Both the position numbers and the translations under genes were made by a program. The notes beneath the pieces were generated by a model, which was given only the letters and a program-made list of their open reading frames with translations, was not told the DNA's origin and did not search any database. 64,000 nt of DNA from an uncultured virus (IMG/VR IMGVR_UViG_3300022700_000241) (taxonomy: Duplodnaviria; Heunggongvirae; Uroviricota; Caudoviricetes): the IMG/VR virus record IMGVR_UViG_3300022700_000241. One strand, given 5' to 3'. Of the stretch, positions 37,031 to 47,157 are shown piece after piece. Positions within the stretch are counted from its first letter, which is position 1. Every line of letters starts with the position of its first letter.

Positions 37031-40000
37031 CTACACGAAGGTGAGGTCAAGGGTGACCTCGCCCATGCCGGTGTTATCTCCCGACACGTTCGTTTGGTTC
37101 ACCCCATCGTTGTAGGAGTCTCCTCCGTCGGAGGCGCTGTTACATGGGCCGTCACCACCCTTATACCCACCGCCGCCTCCGAAGTCGTCTTGAGCGTTGA
37201 TTCCGGAAGAGTCGCTTTCCGAACCGGCGCCGCCACCAAACCCACCGGTCCCACCGCCCTGGTCGCCCGCCGATCCCTGGGCGCCGTTCACAAATGCCTG
37301 CGCCGCCTCCTGGAGTTGGTCAATGGATGCGTTCCCGCGGAAGCCCGCCGCCGGACAGCACCCTCCGCCCGCGCCATCGTCGGTCGCAAGCGTGGCGTTT
37401 CCTTCACCCCCTTGGTAGTAGCCGCCGCCTCCGCCACCGGCGGCAGAGATAAGCTCGGTGTACGTGTCGCTCCCGGTGTCGTAGAGCGCGACGTGGGAGG
37501 CGCCCCCACCACCGCCGACTCCATCCCCGTCGGTGCCTTTCTGTCCCACGGCGATGCGGAGCACATCCCCCTCGTTCAGGTCAAACTCCCCCTCTATGCG
37601 GGCGCCCTGCCCGCCGGGCTCGCCGTTCTGGTTCGAGTCGCGACCGCCCTGCCCGCCCTTTGCGATGATGCGGTAGGTTCCGGTTTCTGGAACCTCAAAC
37701 TCCTGTATCCCGTCGCCGATGATCGTCACATCGAAGTCCGGATAGGTGCTCTCCCACGAGTAACTGGTCGAACTGGGACCGAGCTTCCCGGTGGCTCCCT
37801 GGTTGTCGAAGGTGATCGAGGAAGGAAGCGGGGGCTTCGTGGCAAAGTCGTACTCGGCAGACTGGGTTTGGACGTTACCGTCGATGACGGCCTGGGCCTT
37901 GTAGTAGTAGGTCGTGTCCTGGGAGAGCCCACTGTCGGTAAACGAGTTGAGTCGGCTTGAGGGATCGTTGATCGTCTCGATGGTCTGGTACGGCCCGCCC
38001 TGCTGGCTGGCCCGGAGGATCTCGATCTTGTCCACGAGGCTGGGGTCCTCGTACCGCACCTCCCCCTGGATCTCCGTCTCCAGACTCGCGGTCTGGAAAA
38101 GCTCCCACGAGTTGCGGTCCCCGAGGGTGACGACGGACGCGGGGTTGCGCTCGTTCTTGTGGGCGAAGTCGACCTCCTCATTTGAGAGCGCGCGAAACGC
38201 AAATCGGGACGCCCCGAGACGGCCCTCATGGTAGTTCGTCGGCCCCTTATCGCCGCCAGCTTGACCCGCCTCCGACCCGACCCCGAAAAAGCCGTAGCGC
38301 GTGTTGCCCGTGCCGATTTCGGGTCCGTAGCTCTCGGTGTCCTCTACGTCCCCGTCTACGAGCAGGCGCGCGGTGCCTTGGTCGTAGACGAATGTGCCTT
38401 TGTGCCAGTTGCCATCCGAATAGGGGGAGGAGGCATTGAGGTTGTCCCGGGTCCCGCCGCCTGCGTAGAAACTCGTCCCGAAGTTGCCACCATCTTGGGA
38501 CCCGCCGATTTCCATCCGGAAATACTCATTCCGGTCGAAGGAAAGCTGGATTCCATCGCTGGTTGTCCGGAACCAGACCTCCGCCGTTAGCTCCGGGTAG
38601 GACTGGTTCAACTCAAGCTGTAGAATCTCCAGGATGTCGTTGCTCCCGTCCAGGTCGTAGGCCCGCCCGAAGATCCCGTCGACCAGATCAGCGTTATCCA
38701 TGTTTCCCCCGAACACCCCGTCGTTCCCGTTACCGGTCGCGTCGACCACCGCGTCCTCTTGCCCGGGGTCCTCGGTCATGAGCCAAACGGCCTCGAAGTC
38801 GCTAAAGACCTCGTTTCGCCCGAACTGTTCGTCTGGGGCGGGCGGGTCGGCGGACTCGACTCGGATGTAGAGGTCCGTGTCGCTGGTGTCGACGGTGGGC
38901 TTGACGTAGAACGTGCCCGTCTCGTTTTGGGTATCGACCTCTGCCAAGTATCCGGGAATGCGGTTGCCCTGCCGGTCGTAGACCGCGATTGTGCGGTCGG
39001 TCTCGTAGGCGTCCCAAAACCCCTGGGGCGCCGAGCCGAGAGGGACGTACACCGGCGTCTCGCCAAAGGAAACCGACTGGCCGCTCACGTCGAGACTCGC
39101 GAGAAATACGTTCGCAATCCCGGTGGCCTCCGACTCTACGGTAATCCCAGACTGCGTTGAGCGGGCCTTGTAGAAGTACTCCTTTCCTTCGTCGAGCCCG
39201 GTGTCGAGGTAGGTCTGCGTGTCGGCAGGATCGGTAAACTCGTGGATCTTCGAGTACGTCCCGTTCTGCGAGGTCGCCCGAAGCAACTCGATGGTCTGGT
39301 GAAGGTCCCCGTCGGGGGTTTGGACCTCGACCGAGATTGAGGTGGCGGTGGCCGCCTCTTTTGAGATTGTGAGGGGGCTTACCTCCAGGGTGGCCGGGCG
39401 AGAGAAGTTGTACGCAGTATCCAGGGCAAGGACCTGGAAGACGTGGACCTTGCTTGTGTCGAGGTCGCTAATGTTGAAGGCGTCGCCCGCGTCTTCCGAC
39501 TCAACGCTACCATCGACCACAACCCAGTGGGCCTTGATGTCCCCAAGCTCGGCGCTCCCGATGGCGCGGCCCACGCCACTCCCCGCAAAGATGCGGGCCG
39601 AAAGAATCGTCGCGCTCCCCACCGCAGTGCCTTGCCCGCTCCCGGAAAAAGCCCGTCGCTCTCGCAACACGCCCTGCCCGGTGGCAAGCCCCTCCCCGTC
39701 GCCACGAATATCGGATTTTCGTAGTAGTGACCCGCTCCCTAAAGCCCGAGCCGTACCTCTTCCATCGAGGGGCACATTGTTGGCAATAGTGGCTGTGCCA
39801 GTTGCCGTCCCCTCCCCGCTACCGGAAAGTGGTATGCGGAAAATCTCACCGCTGCCAGAAGCTACGCCTTGGCCACTCCCGGAAAGACTTCTGCGACTGG
39901 AAAGCGTCCCGACGCCGGAGGCAGTTGCCGTACCAAAACCCTTGAATGCGACTTGACCTACCTGGACTGTATCGAGCCACTGCGTATCTGCGTCAACTGT

Positions 40001-40507
40001 TCTAATGCTGTCATTGCTATACCCCCTCCACAGCAACTCATTGAAGGTGCCTGGGTTATTGACAAGCGGCCTGCCCGTTGAGGATACCGATTTGTTGTCT
40101 GACTGCCTCGTGAATGTAATGTCAAATGTGCCACTTGCCCAGTCAATTGTTACCTCGACTAAAACCCAGACCTCATAAGTGTCATCGCCACTATCAATTT
40201 CGGAAAATCCATTACCATCTTGTAATGTCCATTGCGGGTTGTTCGTCCCCGCACTAAGAACTATTGTACCAGACTGCGCAACTCGCAAAACATGGCCAAA
40301 ACTATCGCTTGTCTCTCGATAATACCACGATAGAGTTTCATAGGAGTCTTGGGTAAAAGAACGAGCACCAAGGTTTTGGTTCTCGTCGGTATTCGTGGGG
40401 TGAAGCGCGCCCCCGCCCTCGAAAAATACATTCTGGTCGCTTTCAAGAGGTGAATCCTCCTCTTGCCAAGCTCCAATACCAGTATCAAAGGTGTCCTTGA
40501 ATCCCAT
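37031..40507 (-). CDS. large tail-fibre/adhesin-like protein (GxGxGxA repeats, FN3, DUF2341-like, LamG, glycine-rich ALK/LTK-like domain)
   Basis: DTGLDEGKEYFYKAR and DSGLSQDTTYYYKAQ (FN3); VVDATGNGNDG...FDRNEY...DGNWHK (LamG); GIQEFEVPETGTYRIIAKGGQGG...LRIAVGQKG. Confidence 0.8.
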   Translation of the reverse strand: MGFKDTFDTGIGAWQEEDSPLESDQNVFFEGGGALHPTNTDENQNLGARSFTQDSYETLSWYYRETSDSFGHVLRVAQSGTIVLSAGTNNPQWTLQDGNGFSEIDSGDDTYEVWVLVEVTIDWASGTFDITFTRQSDNKSVSSTGRPLVNNPGTFNELLWRGYSNDSIRTVDADTQWLDTVQVGQVAFKGFGTATASGVGTLSSRRSLSGSGQGVASGSGEIFRIPLSGSGEGTATGTATIANNVPLDGRGTARALGSGSLLRKSDIRGDGEGLATGQGVLRERRAFSGSGQGTAVGSATILSARIFAGSGVGRAIGSAELGDIKAHWVVVDGSVESEDAGDAFNISDLDTSKVHVFQVLALDTAYNFSRPATLEVSPLTISKEAATATSISVEVQTPDGDLHQTIELLRATSQNGTYSKIHEFTDPADTQTYLDTGLDEGKEYFYKARSTQSGITVESEATGIANVFLASLDVSGQSVSFGETPVYVPLGSAPQGFWDAYETDRTIAVYDRQGNRIPGYLAEVDTQNETGTFYVKPTVDTSDTDLYIRVESADPPAPDEQFGRNEVFSDFEAVWLMTEDPGQEDAVVDATGNGNDGVFGGNMDNADLVDGIFGRAYDLDGSNDILEILQLELNQSYPELTAEVWFRTTSDGIQLSFDRNEYFRMEIGGSQDGGNFGTSFYAGGGTRDNLNASSPYSDGNWHKGTFVYDQGTARLLVDGDVEDTESYGPEIGTGNTRYGFFGVGSEAGQAGGDKGPTNYHEGRLGASRFAFRALSNEEVDFAHKNERNPASVVTLGDRNSWELFQTASLETEIQGEVRYEDPSLVDKIEILRASQQGGPYQTIETINDPSSRLNSFTDSGLSQDTTYYYKAQAVIDGNVQTQSAEYDFATKPPLPSSITFDNQGATGKLGPSSTSYSWESTYPDFDVTIIGDGIQEFEVPETGTYRIIAKGGQGGRDSNQNGEPGGQGARIEGEFDLNEGDVLRIAVGQKGTDGDGVGGGGGASHVALYDTGSDTYTELISAAGGGGGGYYQGGEGNATLATDDGAGGGCCPAAGFRGNASIDQLQEAAQAFVNGAQGSAGDQGGGTGGFGGGAGSESDSSGINAQDDFGGGGGYKGGDGPCNSASDGGDSYNDGVNQTNVSGDNTGMGEVTLDLTFV

Positions 40508-40519
40508 AAGTAAGTGGTC

Positions 40520-41356
40520 TTACAGGAAGCCAACGCGCTCCATGACCTCCCCGTGGTCGTCAACAATTTCCCCGGCAAGCTCATCGGTAAGCTCCTCTTC
40601 CCACCCCCCAACTTTCCCTTTTCGGAAGAACTGCTCCTGGTGCCGGGATTGCTCCGGGAAGCCGTGCTCCTCTTCGGCCTCCTGCATGTTCTCAAACGAG
40701 GTGCCCTCGACGGCCATTTCAAGGCGGTCCTGCTCAACATCTTCGATGCCGAGAAACTCCAGGATCTTGGCGAACTCCCCCATCGGATCCTCCTGGAGGT
40801 CTCGATAGCGAACGGTGTGGACAGGGACCGTCTCGTTGTCGAGCCACGAGGAGACGTGATCCGACCAGGACCCGAGAAAGTGATGGAGCTTGCCCGGGCC
40901 GCCGCCGATGTTTGCGGTCCCGTAATCCATGAACTCAACCGCCTCCTGGTAGCTCATCCCGAAGTGGTCGGCCACCGAACAGCACACGTCGCGAGGGTCC
41001 CGGATTGGGTTCACGACACGACGGGTCCACTGGTCATTCCACAGGTGGATGTCGTTTACCTCCATTGAGGCGTGGTGGCTCTTCACGAGCGTGTGACTGT
41101 CGACCTGCAAGGAAAGGGCGAACATCGCCGCAGGCCGGAAGCACACCTCAAGCTCCGGGCCGACCTGTGTGATCGGCACCGGGGACACAATCTGGTATTG
41201 CTGAACCGAGATGTCGTCCCACTCCACAAAGTCCTGCGGGTTGGCGTCTCGGCCCATCGCGTACGCCCCGCATGTGAGACGAATCCAGGTATTCCCAGAT
41301 TTGGGGTAGGAGGCGACAAAGGAAAGTTGCGGTTCTCCCGGCGATTGAAAAGCCAT
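40520..41356 (-). CDS. PAPS-dependent sulfotransferase (Sulfotransfer_1 type)
   Basis: VASYPKSGNTWIR (5'-PSB), IRDPRDVCCS (3'-PB), VRYRDL, FFRKGKVGGW. Confidence 0.92.
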   Translation of the reverse strand: MAFQSPGEPQLSFVASYPKSGNTWIRLTCGAYAMGRDANPQDFVEWDDISVQQYQIVSPVPITQVGPELEVCFRPAAMFALSLQVDSHTLVKSHHASMEVNDIHLWNDQWTRRVVNPIRDPRDVCCSVADHFGMSYQEAVEFMDYGTANIGGGPGKLHHFLGSWSDHVSSWLDNETVPVHTVRYRDLQEDPMGEFAKILEFLGIEDVEQDRLEMAVEGTSFENMQEAEEEHGFPEQSRHQEQFFRKGKVGGWEEELTDELAGEIVDDHGEVMERVGFL

Positions 41357-41367
41357 AGCGCTGGGGT

Positions 41368-41790
41368 TTAGTCAAACGTGAACTGAACGCCACCGGCGCC
41401 GAACTTCGGCTCATCGCCGCTTACAATGGAGCGGGGGTTGTCGACCGACGTGTGCATAAGCATGTTCTGGGTTGCCGCACCCGTCGTGTCGTCGATGAGG
41501 AAGAAATGGCTAATCGAGCCGGGCGTGGTGGTGGCCGTCGGGAAGAGCACCGTCTGTGCGTTCTCGATGCCCGTTCCGGTTCCGGCACTCGTCCACGTCG
41601 GGGTAGCCCCGCCGGTCGTGTTGATGATCTGGCGGGAGTACCACGCCCCAGTGGGCTCCCCGTTTAGAGAGCCAGTCTCACCGGGGTCCTGCGTCGAAAT
41701 GCCCAGGTAGGTGTCCTCCAATGGAAGCTGCGTGCCGTTCTTGAAGTGGTCACGGAGACCCTGTTGGAGGAAGTTGTTGAACGCAGACAT
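41368..41790 (-). CDS. phage tail-fibre-associated protein (Gp80-like)
   Basis: YLGISTQDPGE...YSRQ...NAQTVLFPTAT...ISHFFLID...SGDEPKF. Confidence 0.75.
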   Translation of the reverse strand: MSAFNNFLQQGLRDHFKNGTQLPLEDTYLGISTQDPGETGSLNGEPTGAWYSRQIINTTGGATPTWTSAGTGTGIENAQTVLFPTATTTPGSISHFFLIDDTTGAATQNMLMHTSVDNPRSIVSGDEPKFGAGGVQFTFD

Positions 41791-41819
41791 ACAGGTTCAG
41801 GGAGGTCTGTCGAGGGAGG

Positions 41820-42059
41820 CTATTTGATCGATTCCGTCCAGGAGAGACTGGCATCGCCGCCCGTCATAGAGACCTGGAAGTTTGTCGGCGTATCCGGGTG
41901 GTTTGGGAAGGTTTCGGTGTAGGCGTCTCCGATGTACGGGTCCGATGAAGCGAACGCCTGCTCTTCCTCGTGCGAATCGTAAATGAGGACAATCCGGTCG
42001 ACTCCACCCAAAAACCAGTCGGGTTGAGGGACTCGAACTCCTACTGGAAGCTCGCGCAT
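41820..42059 (-). CDS. small structural-module protein
   Basis: PDTPTNFQV...LSWT FN3-start-like; in structural operon. Confidence 0.55.
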   Translation of the reverse strand: MRELPVGVRVPQPDWFLGGVDRIVLIYDSHEEEQAFASSDPYIGDAYTETFPNHPDTPTNFQVSMTGGDASLSWTESIK

Positions 42060-42091
42060 AGAGAGACGAGGCTTTTATTCTTCGGGATGGG

Positions 42092-42406
42092 TTAGCCCTT
42101 GTAGAGCCAGATGTCACTTTGGGCAACCTGGGTACCACTCGCAAGGATTTTCTGGATCTCAATCGGATAGATCCGATTCGCAACGAGCGCCAGAGTGACC
42201 TCACTTCCGGCCCCAGTTTGAAGCTCAACCTCCCCGTCGGAGAGGACTTCAATCGCGTCGTAGTTTTCGCTGTATCCTACGTCGAAGTCCGGCCCCACCC
42301 ACACGTCCGAGTAGCTTGTCTGACCAATCAGTTCTTCGTCGGCCCGACGACTACTTACAGCCGGGTGTTGAGGGTTGGCCCGTTCGGGGAGCGGTTCATC
42401 GGCCAT
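42092..42406 (-). CDS. small beta-rich structural-module protein
   Basis: DGEVEL...IYPIEIQKILASGT...DIWLY; start at MADEPL. Confidence 0.6.
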   Translation of the reverse strand: MADEPLPERANPQHPAVSSRRADEELIGQTSYSDVWVGPDFDVGYSENYDAIEVLSDGEVELQTGAGSEVTLALVANRIYPIEIQKILASGTQVAQSDIWLYKG

Positions 42407-42501
42407 CGGTTTAGCGGAGACTGTCCGGAAAGCGGCGCAATTGACGTACAGTCGCCGAATTGGAAGGTTCGGCAGATGCAAGCCAGTCCCCCGCTCGACG
42501 A

Positions 42502-42545
42502 CAAAGCCCCCGGGACCTCTCACCCAAAGGAGGCCCGGGGGCTTG
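42502..42545. terminator. strong hairpin, probable terminator
   Basis: AAGCCCCCGGG...CCCGGGGGCTT inverted repeat downstream of 42574. Confidence 0.6.
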
Positions 42546-42573
42546 CGCTTTTGGCCGCTGCTCTCCGTACAGC

Positions 42574-43707
42574 CTAAGCAACGCCGGGACCGGATTCAAG
42601 AACGACGTGCGTGATCCGTTCGTCGGTCTCAACCTCGATGAGCACCGTCTGGAGGCCCTGGCGCTCTTGTAGCTTCGGACGTACGTTGTCGGCGATGTGG
42701 TCGGCAAGGTCCTCCCCAACCTCCTCGGCAACCTGCGGGAGGCCTTGCGGGCCGATGTCGTACCCGCTCGACACGAAGCAGGCCAGCGTGCCGTCATGCG
42801 GGGCAGATCCAGGCTTGTTGAGGCGCAGCCGAATGTAGAAGCTCTCTACCTGCTCGATCCTCATCTGGTCGAGAAGCTCGTGAACCGGAGAGGCGCCATC
42901 GAGCAAAAACTTCCGCACCGCTTCGGGGAGCGACTCCAAGTCTGCGTCCCGGAGCGATTCGGCTCCGATACTGTCGGCCTTCACCCGGACCGATTCCCCG
43001 ACTGTATCGAAGTTCGGCTCGATAAGCCTGCTGTACTCCTCCGCGGAAAGCTCCTCGCCCATGAAGGCCCCGCCGTATCCCTCCCCCTCCAGTTCGGAGG
43101 CGTCGGGTCGCCGGGGCGAGTACCCTTGTTGCCGATCTCCGTGGGAGCCCTGCCCGGCCTCGTCCATGAGCTTCTCCGTGTCAATCGGCGGGAAAAGCGG
43201 CTGGGACCGGCGCCCGCCGAAGCAGTTCTCACAGACGGACAGGTGGTACATCCACTGGTGGAGGAGTTTGTGCTGGTACTCCAAAAACGAGCGCAGCACA
43301 GAAAAGTCCGCGGGCATCTCTTCGGAGGTCCATCCCTGCGCGGTGGCCTCCTCCTCGGTGTCTTCGAGGAGGTACTTGAGGTCGGCCATTTGCTCCATGT
43401 GGGTGAACGTCCATGCCGGGCTCGTAAGGTCGGCTTCCTTGAAGTAAACGCCGACCCCAGAGGCGTAGCTACGAAGCGCACGCGCGACGCGGCTGTCCAT
43501 CACGTCCGGCCCAGCGTCCACCTCGTACCGCTTTGCGATAAAAGCGGCGAGGCGCTCTTTCTGCCCCTCGAACCGCTCCATCTCGTAGTGCTCCTCGTAG
43601 GAGATGTCCTCATCGAGCCAATCCTCGATGCTTCGGACAACCCGGTCGTCGAACACTGCGTCAACTACGTCGAGAGCCGCGTCCTTTGTCTTGGGAAAGT
43701 AGCTCAT
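42574..43707 (-). CDS. hypothetical protein
   Basis: Acidic ORF from MSYFPK, 4-nt overlap with upstream stop. Confidence 0.7.
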   Translation of the reverse strand: MSYFPKTKDAALDVVDAVFDDRVVRSIEDWLDEDISYEEHYEMERFEGQKERLAAFIAKRYEVDAGPDVMDSRVARALRSYASGVGVYFKEADLTSPAWTFTHMEQMADLKYLLEDTEEEATAQGWTSEEMPADFSVLRSFLEYQHKLLHQWMYHLSVCENCFGGRRSQPLFPPIDTEKLMDEAGQGSHGDRQQGYSPRRPDASELEGEGYGGAFMGEELSAEEYSRLIEPNFDTVGESVRVKADSIGAESLRDADLESLPEAVRKFLLDGASPVHELLDQMRIEQVESFYIRLRLNKPGSAPHDGTLACFVSSGYDIGPQGLPQVAEEVGEDLADHIADNVRPKLQERQGLQTVLIEVETDERITHVVLESGPGVA

Positions 43708-44525
43708 TTTTGGGTGTCTTCTGGAAAGAGATTGTGGTCTGCGAGTGAGAAAGATTGTCGGGTGTTTGCGAGGATGCGTTGCACTGCCGGGTCCCCGCTC
43801 CCGACGGGGGTGCGCCGGACCCGAAGGCCGCCCTGGCTCTGCCCCATGATGAACTCCCAAAAGAGCCCCAGGATAGTCGACTCCCGGTGCGCCTCGGGCG
43901 GGAAAGGCTCCCCGGCAAGCCAAAACAGCGTGTTCGTGAGCATAAGGGAGAGCCCGTCGGGGATGTCGAACCGGGTTCGGTTGTGGGACATCGTGTCGAG
44001 CGGGTGGCCGTCGTCGTGCCGTTCGAGGGCCGCGGCCCAGTCGCAAGCCATCTCCCCCAGGTCCAAAAGCGTCATGCCCTCGATGCCCTCCTCGTAGAAC
44101 TCCGGGTGGTGAGAGTTGGCCGCATAGTGGTGATCGAGCGCTGGCCCGAGGAACTCAAGCGCGTCCTCATACTCGTCGGACCCGTAGGTCAGTCCGGAGA
44201 GCTTCGCGTCAATGCGTGCAAAGATCGGGCGCTCCGGCCACTCACGTTTCGAGTTGTCGTGGTTCCGTGCCCGGTCCTCAATAAGCAGTTGGATCCAGTC
44301 GGCGGTACGCTCGGACACGGGGTGATTCCCCTCTGCCTCCCGCAGGGGGTGGCGGATTTGGCCGTTGAGTAGGCGGAGCTTCCGTGCGACGTTCTCGATA
44401 TGGCGCGCGGTGCGCTCGTCGTGGCCAGCAAGCTCCTCGTCGGTTGGCATCCGGTCCAAATGAGACTCCACGTCGACGCTCGGAAGATCCGACGCGGAGG
44501 GGAGTTCCCAAGGCCATCGAGTCAT
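43704..44525 (-). CDS. DUF5662-like HD-type protein
   Basis: HDNSK...YGSDEY...LDHHYAANSHHPE...MTLLDLGEMACDWAAA. Confidence 0.75.
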   Translation of the reverse strand: MTRWPWELPSASDLPSVDVESHLDRMPTDEELAGHDERTARHIENVARKLRLLNGQIRHPLREAEGNHPVSERTADWIQLLIEDRARNHDNSKREWPERPIFARIDAKLSGLTYGSDEYEDALEFLGPALDHHYAANSHHPEFYEEGIEGMTLLDLGEMACDWAAALERHDDGHPLDTMSHNRTRFDIPDGLSLMLTNTLFWLAGEPFPPEAHRESTILGLFWEFIMGQSQGGLRVRRTPVGSGDPAVQRILANTRQSFSLADHNLFPEDTQK

Positions 44526-44590
44526 AGAGGAGGGAAGGTAATCCTTGAGAGGCTATTTCGAGGGCTGAACCCATTTCATGTGATCGCGGC

Positions 44591-45001
44591 CTATGTGATT
44601 GCGGTCTCTCCGTCGGCTTTGATGAGAGGGCAATCCTCCGGCTCGAAGAATACCCCCTGGACGAGGCCGAGCTTGAGTGGGGTGAACTGGAGGCGGTCGA
44701 TCTGCACGATCCCAGCCTCCCGCGAGAGCCGAGACAGGTTCTCTCCGGGGCTCTTTTGGTCGGTTCGCCACTCCTCGCGAAGCTCCCGAAACCGGCGGCT
44801 TACGTTGGAGGGGCGGGGCGTGAGGTCTGCCCTTTCGTTGATCCACTGCGTCCAGTTGATCTCAATCTGGGCGCCGGTCACCTCAAGCTCCTGGCCGGGC
44901 TCTCGTCGAAAGCGCTCGACGAGAAGCACGATGATCCAATCCCGAACGGCAGAGAGTTTCGGGGAGTCAAGTCGGAACGGGCTCTCCTTCGAGTCAAACA
45001 T
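44591..45001 (-). CDS. hypothetical protein
   Basis: ORF in minus-strand run; possible wHTH (PSNVSRRFRELRE). Confidence 0.5.
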   Translation of the reverse strand: MFDSKESPFRLDSPKLSAVRDWIIVLLVERFRREPGQELEVTGAQIEINWTQWINERADLTPRPSNVSRRFRELREEWRTDQKSPGENLSRLSREAGIVQIDRLQFTPLKLGLVQGVFFEPEDCPLIKADGETAIT

Positions 45002-45010
45002 GACATCGGC

Positions 45011-45493
45011 TCAGTTTGGCGGGTCAAAGTACGTTTTCTTCGTCTCGGGAATCCCGAACCGAGAAGGGAGCGGCTGGGCCGCCCGCAGCGGATCGACGCC
45101 CTTCTCTCGGCGGTGCCACTGGCAATACCGCTCGATCCGCAACTTCTCGTGATACATGCACAACAGCGCGTCCATCAACGTCTCCTCATCGGTCTCGTCG
45201 AGCACCTCGGCGACCATGTTGAGTCGCCCAACCCGCTCTCGGAGCGAATCGATGATGGCCGGGATGTCGTCACGTAACTCCTCCTCGGGCGTGAAATCGA
45301 CACGCTGTTGGAGGTCGATGATCTCGTTTTCGGTCTCCCCGGCAACCGTTGCAAGCTCGTCCATTCCGGGGTCGTCGGTCTCCGCCTCGTCTTCGGCCTT
45401 CCCCAGGGGCCAGTCGTCAAGAAAGTTGGCCACGAGGTTGCACCGGTTGGCGAGGATTCGATGCGCATTGCGAAGGCGTTTTACGTAGTGCAT
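45011..45493 (-). CDS. hypothetical protein
   Basis: Helical acidic ORF. Confidence 0.65.
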   Translation of the reverse strand: MHYVKRLRNAHRILANRCNLVANFLDDWPLGKAEDEAETDDPGMDELATVAGETENEIIDLQQRVDFTPEEELRDDIPAIIDSLRERVGRLNMVAEVLDETDEETLMDALLCMYHEKLRIERYCQWHRREKGVDPLRAAQPLPSRFGIPETKKTYFDPPN

Positions 45494-45498
45494 CGGCT

Positions 45499-45813
45499 CT
45501 ACCAGTCGTTGAGATATTCGCGGAGAAAGTAGTAGAACCCGGCAGCTATCGCGGCGGTGAATGCTCGCACGTCCGATTCGGTCGCCTTCCGGTCCAGGAG
45601 TTCAAGGCGCTTCTCCCCCTCCGAGGCAAGCCGCTTCTGCACCGAGTCGAACTTCGAGCGCGGCTGGTATATTCGGCGCTTGAGAGTCGACTTGTAGTGG
45701 TTGAAGTACCACCAGTGAGCGGACAATTGCCCGAATACGTACCCACCCCAAACGAGGACCAGTGTGTAAACGACCGTCTCCCACCCTTGGAGCAAGTATT
45801 CAAGTAGCGACAT
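45499..45813 (-). CDS. small membrane protein
   Basis: Hydrophobic N- and C-terminal segments. Confidence 0.55.
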   Translation of the reverse strand: MSLLEYLLQGWETVVYTLVLVWGGYVFGQLSAHWWYFNHYKSTLKRRIYQPRSKFDSVQKRLASEGEKRLELLDRKATESDVRAFTAAIAAGFYYFLREYLNDW

Positions 45814-46019
45814 CGGAATGCGCGGCTCTGGTCAACAAAAAGCCGGTGGAAGGGCCGCCAGGATTGAGCCTTTCGGCTGCATCCAAGGAGAACCAGACTG
45901 GGAGAAGCAGTTGCTTCTATCCCAGCCGAAAACTCCTTGCCTAAGCGGCCCGCACCGACGTGTATAACCTTCGATTGTAATTCGGTCGTCTTAAAGGAGC
46001 TACAACACCGAAGGTTTCC

Positions 46020-46436
46020 TTACTCGTGGCCTTTTACGTTCACGCCCGGCACGTCCCCGAGCGTCGTGTACTGGCCGTAGGTTTCGTGGTCGTGGATGCG
46101 GTGGTTCTCCCACCACGAATACTTCTCCATCCCCGGGTGCGGGGCCGGGAGGTTGTGCGGGTCGAGGATCACGTCCCCGCAGAGCCCAAACGCTTCGTAG
46201 GGATCTCCCCAGATCGGGTCTAAGTCTCCCTCAATTACCTCGATGCGCTCCCGCATCTTATGGATACGGTCATGCTTTACCAGTGTCCGTGTTCGCCGAC
46301 CGGGCTTCGACTTGTACGGCTTCCCGTGAGTGAGCAAGCGTAGGGGTTTTTGCTTCGGCCACGGCATGAACACCGCGAGGGGTCTCCCTCGGCTGACTGC
46401 CTTGTAGATCGGCTTCGTAATAACGAGTGGAGGCAT
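46020..46436 (-). CDS. hypothetical protein
   Basis: ORF coupled to upstream gene. Confidence 0.55.
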   Translation of the reverse strand: MPPLVITKPIYKAVSRGRPLAVFMPWPKQKPLRLLTHGKPYKSKPGRRTRTLVKHDRIHKMRERIEVIEGDLDPIWGDPYEAFGLCGDVILDPHNLPAPHPGMEKYSWWENHRIHDHETYGQYTTLGDVPGVNVKGHE

Positions 46437-46439
46437 GGC

Positions 46440-46799
46440 TTAACGCTTCTCGGTGAGCATGTTGATGAGATGGTCTCGGGTCGCGGTCGAGTTCCCGTAC
46501 TCAATCTGCGACACCATGAACGTCTCGGCGATGGCCTCCTGGAGCTTGTCGACGGAAGGGCCGTGGTAGACCTGCTTTCCCGCCGAGTGATAGGGCGTGG
46601 AGGGGTGGTAGTGGTCTTGCATCACCTCAAGGGTGAATGTGCGCTGGGCCTCGTCTTCGTCGACCATGTGTTCGGGAAGGTCCCGGACCGTGAGCTTGCC
46701 CCGGATCGGGGCCGGGCGGTAAGAGTCCCCCATCCCTTTGAGGATCCAGTACGGTGTGTCGGTGCCGCTTTCGTATCCTTTGCGGGCTACTTTAGGCAT
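46440..46799 (-). CDS. hypothetical protein
   Basis: ORF in operon. Confidence 0.6.
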   Translation of the reverse strand: MPKVARKGYESGTDTPYWILKGMGDSYRPAPIRGKLTVRDLPEHMVDEDEAQRTFTLEVMQDHYHPSTPYHSAGKQVYHGPSVDKLQEAIAETFMVSQIEYGNSTATRDHLINMLTEKR

Positions 46800-46808
46800 C
46801 GGTCGTGG

Positions 46809-47129
46809 CTACTTTGACACAAAGTCGCGGGCTCGTTCGAGGGCGCCGGAGAGGGTTTCAATCCCGTCCTCAACCATTGTCCCATCCCCAGAGTGAGTGA
46901 CGGCCCAGTCTCCGGGGCGCCCGATCACGCCAAAATTCCCCCACGGCCATATCCCAAACGTCGGGGGCCTGCTCTTCGGGTTGCGGCGCTGAACTATCGG
47001 CCACTTTCGGCCCTGCCTGTCAACATGCGTGGGGTCTCGTCCAAGGATACTCGCTGCCCGGTTGCTAAGCTGCATTTCCCGGTCGGACGCATCCTCAAGT
47101 TTTGTCGCTCGCTCGGTCTTCATTGGCAT
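46809..47129 (-). CDS. hypothetical protein
   Basis: ORF downstream of structured repeat copy 1. Confidence 0.55.
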   Translation of the reverse strand: MPMKTERATKLEDASDREMQLSNRAASILGRDPTHVDRQGRKWPIVQRRNPKSRPPTFGIWPWGNFGVIGRPGDWAVTHSGDGTMVEDGIETLSGALERARDFVSK

Positions 47130-47157
47130 CGGGTCCTATTCGTGATACATCAACGTA

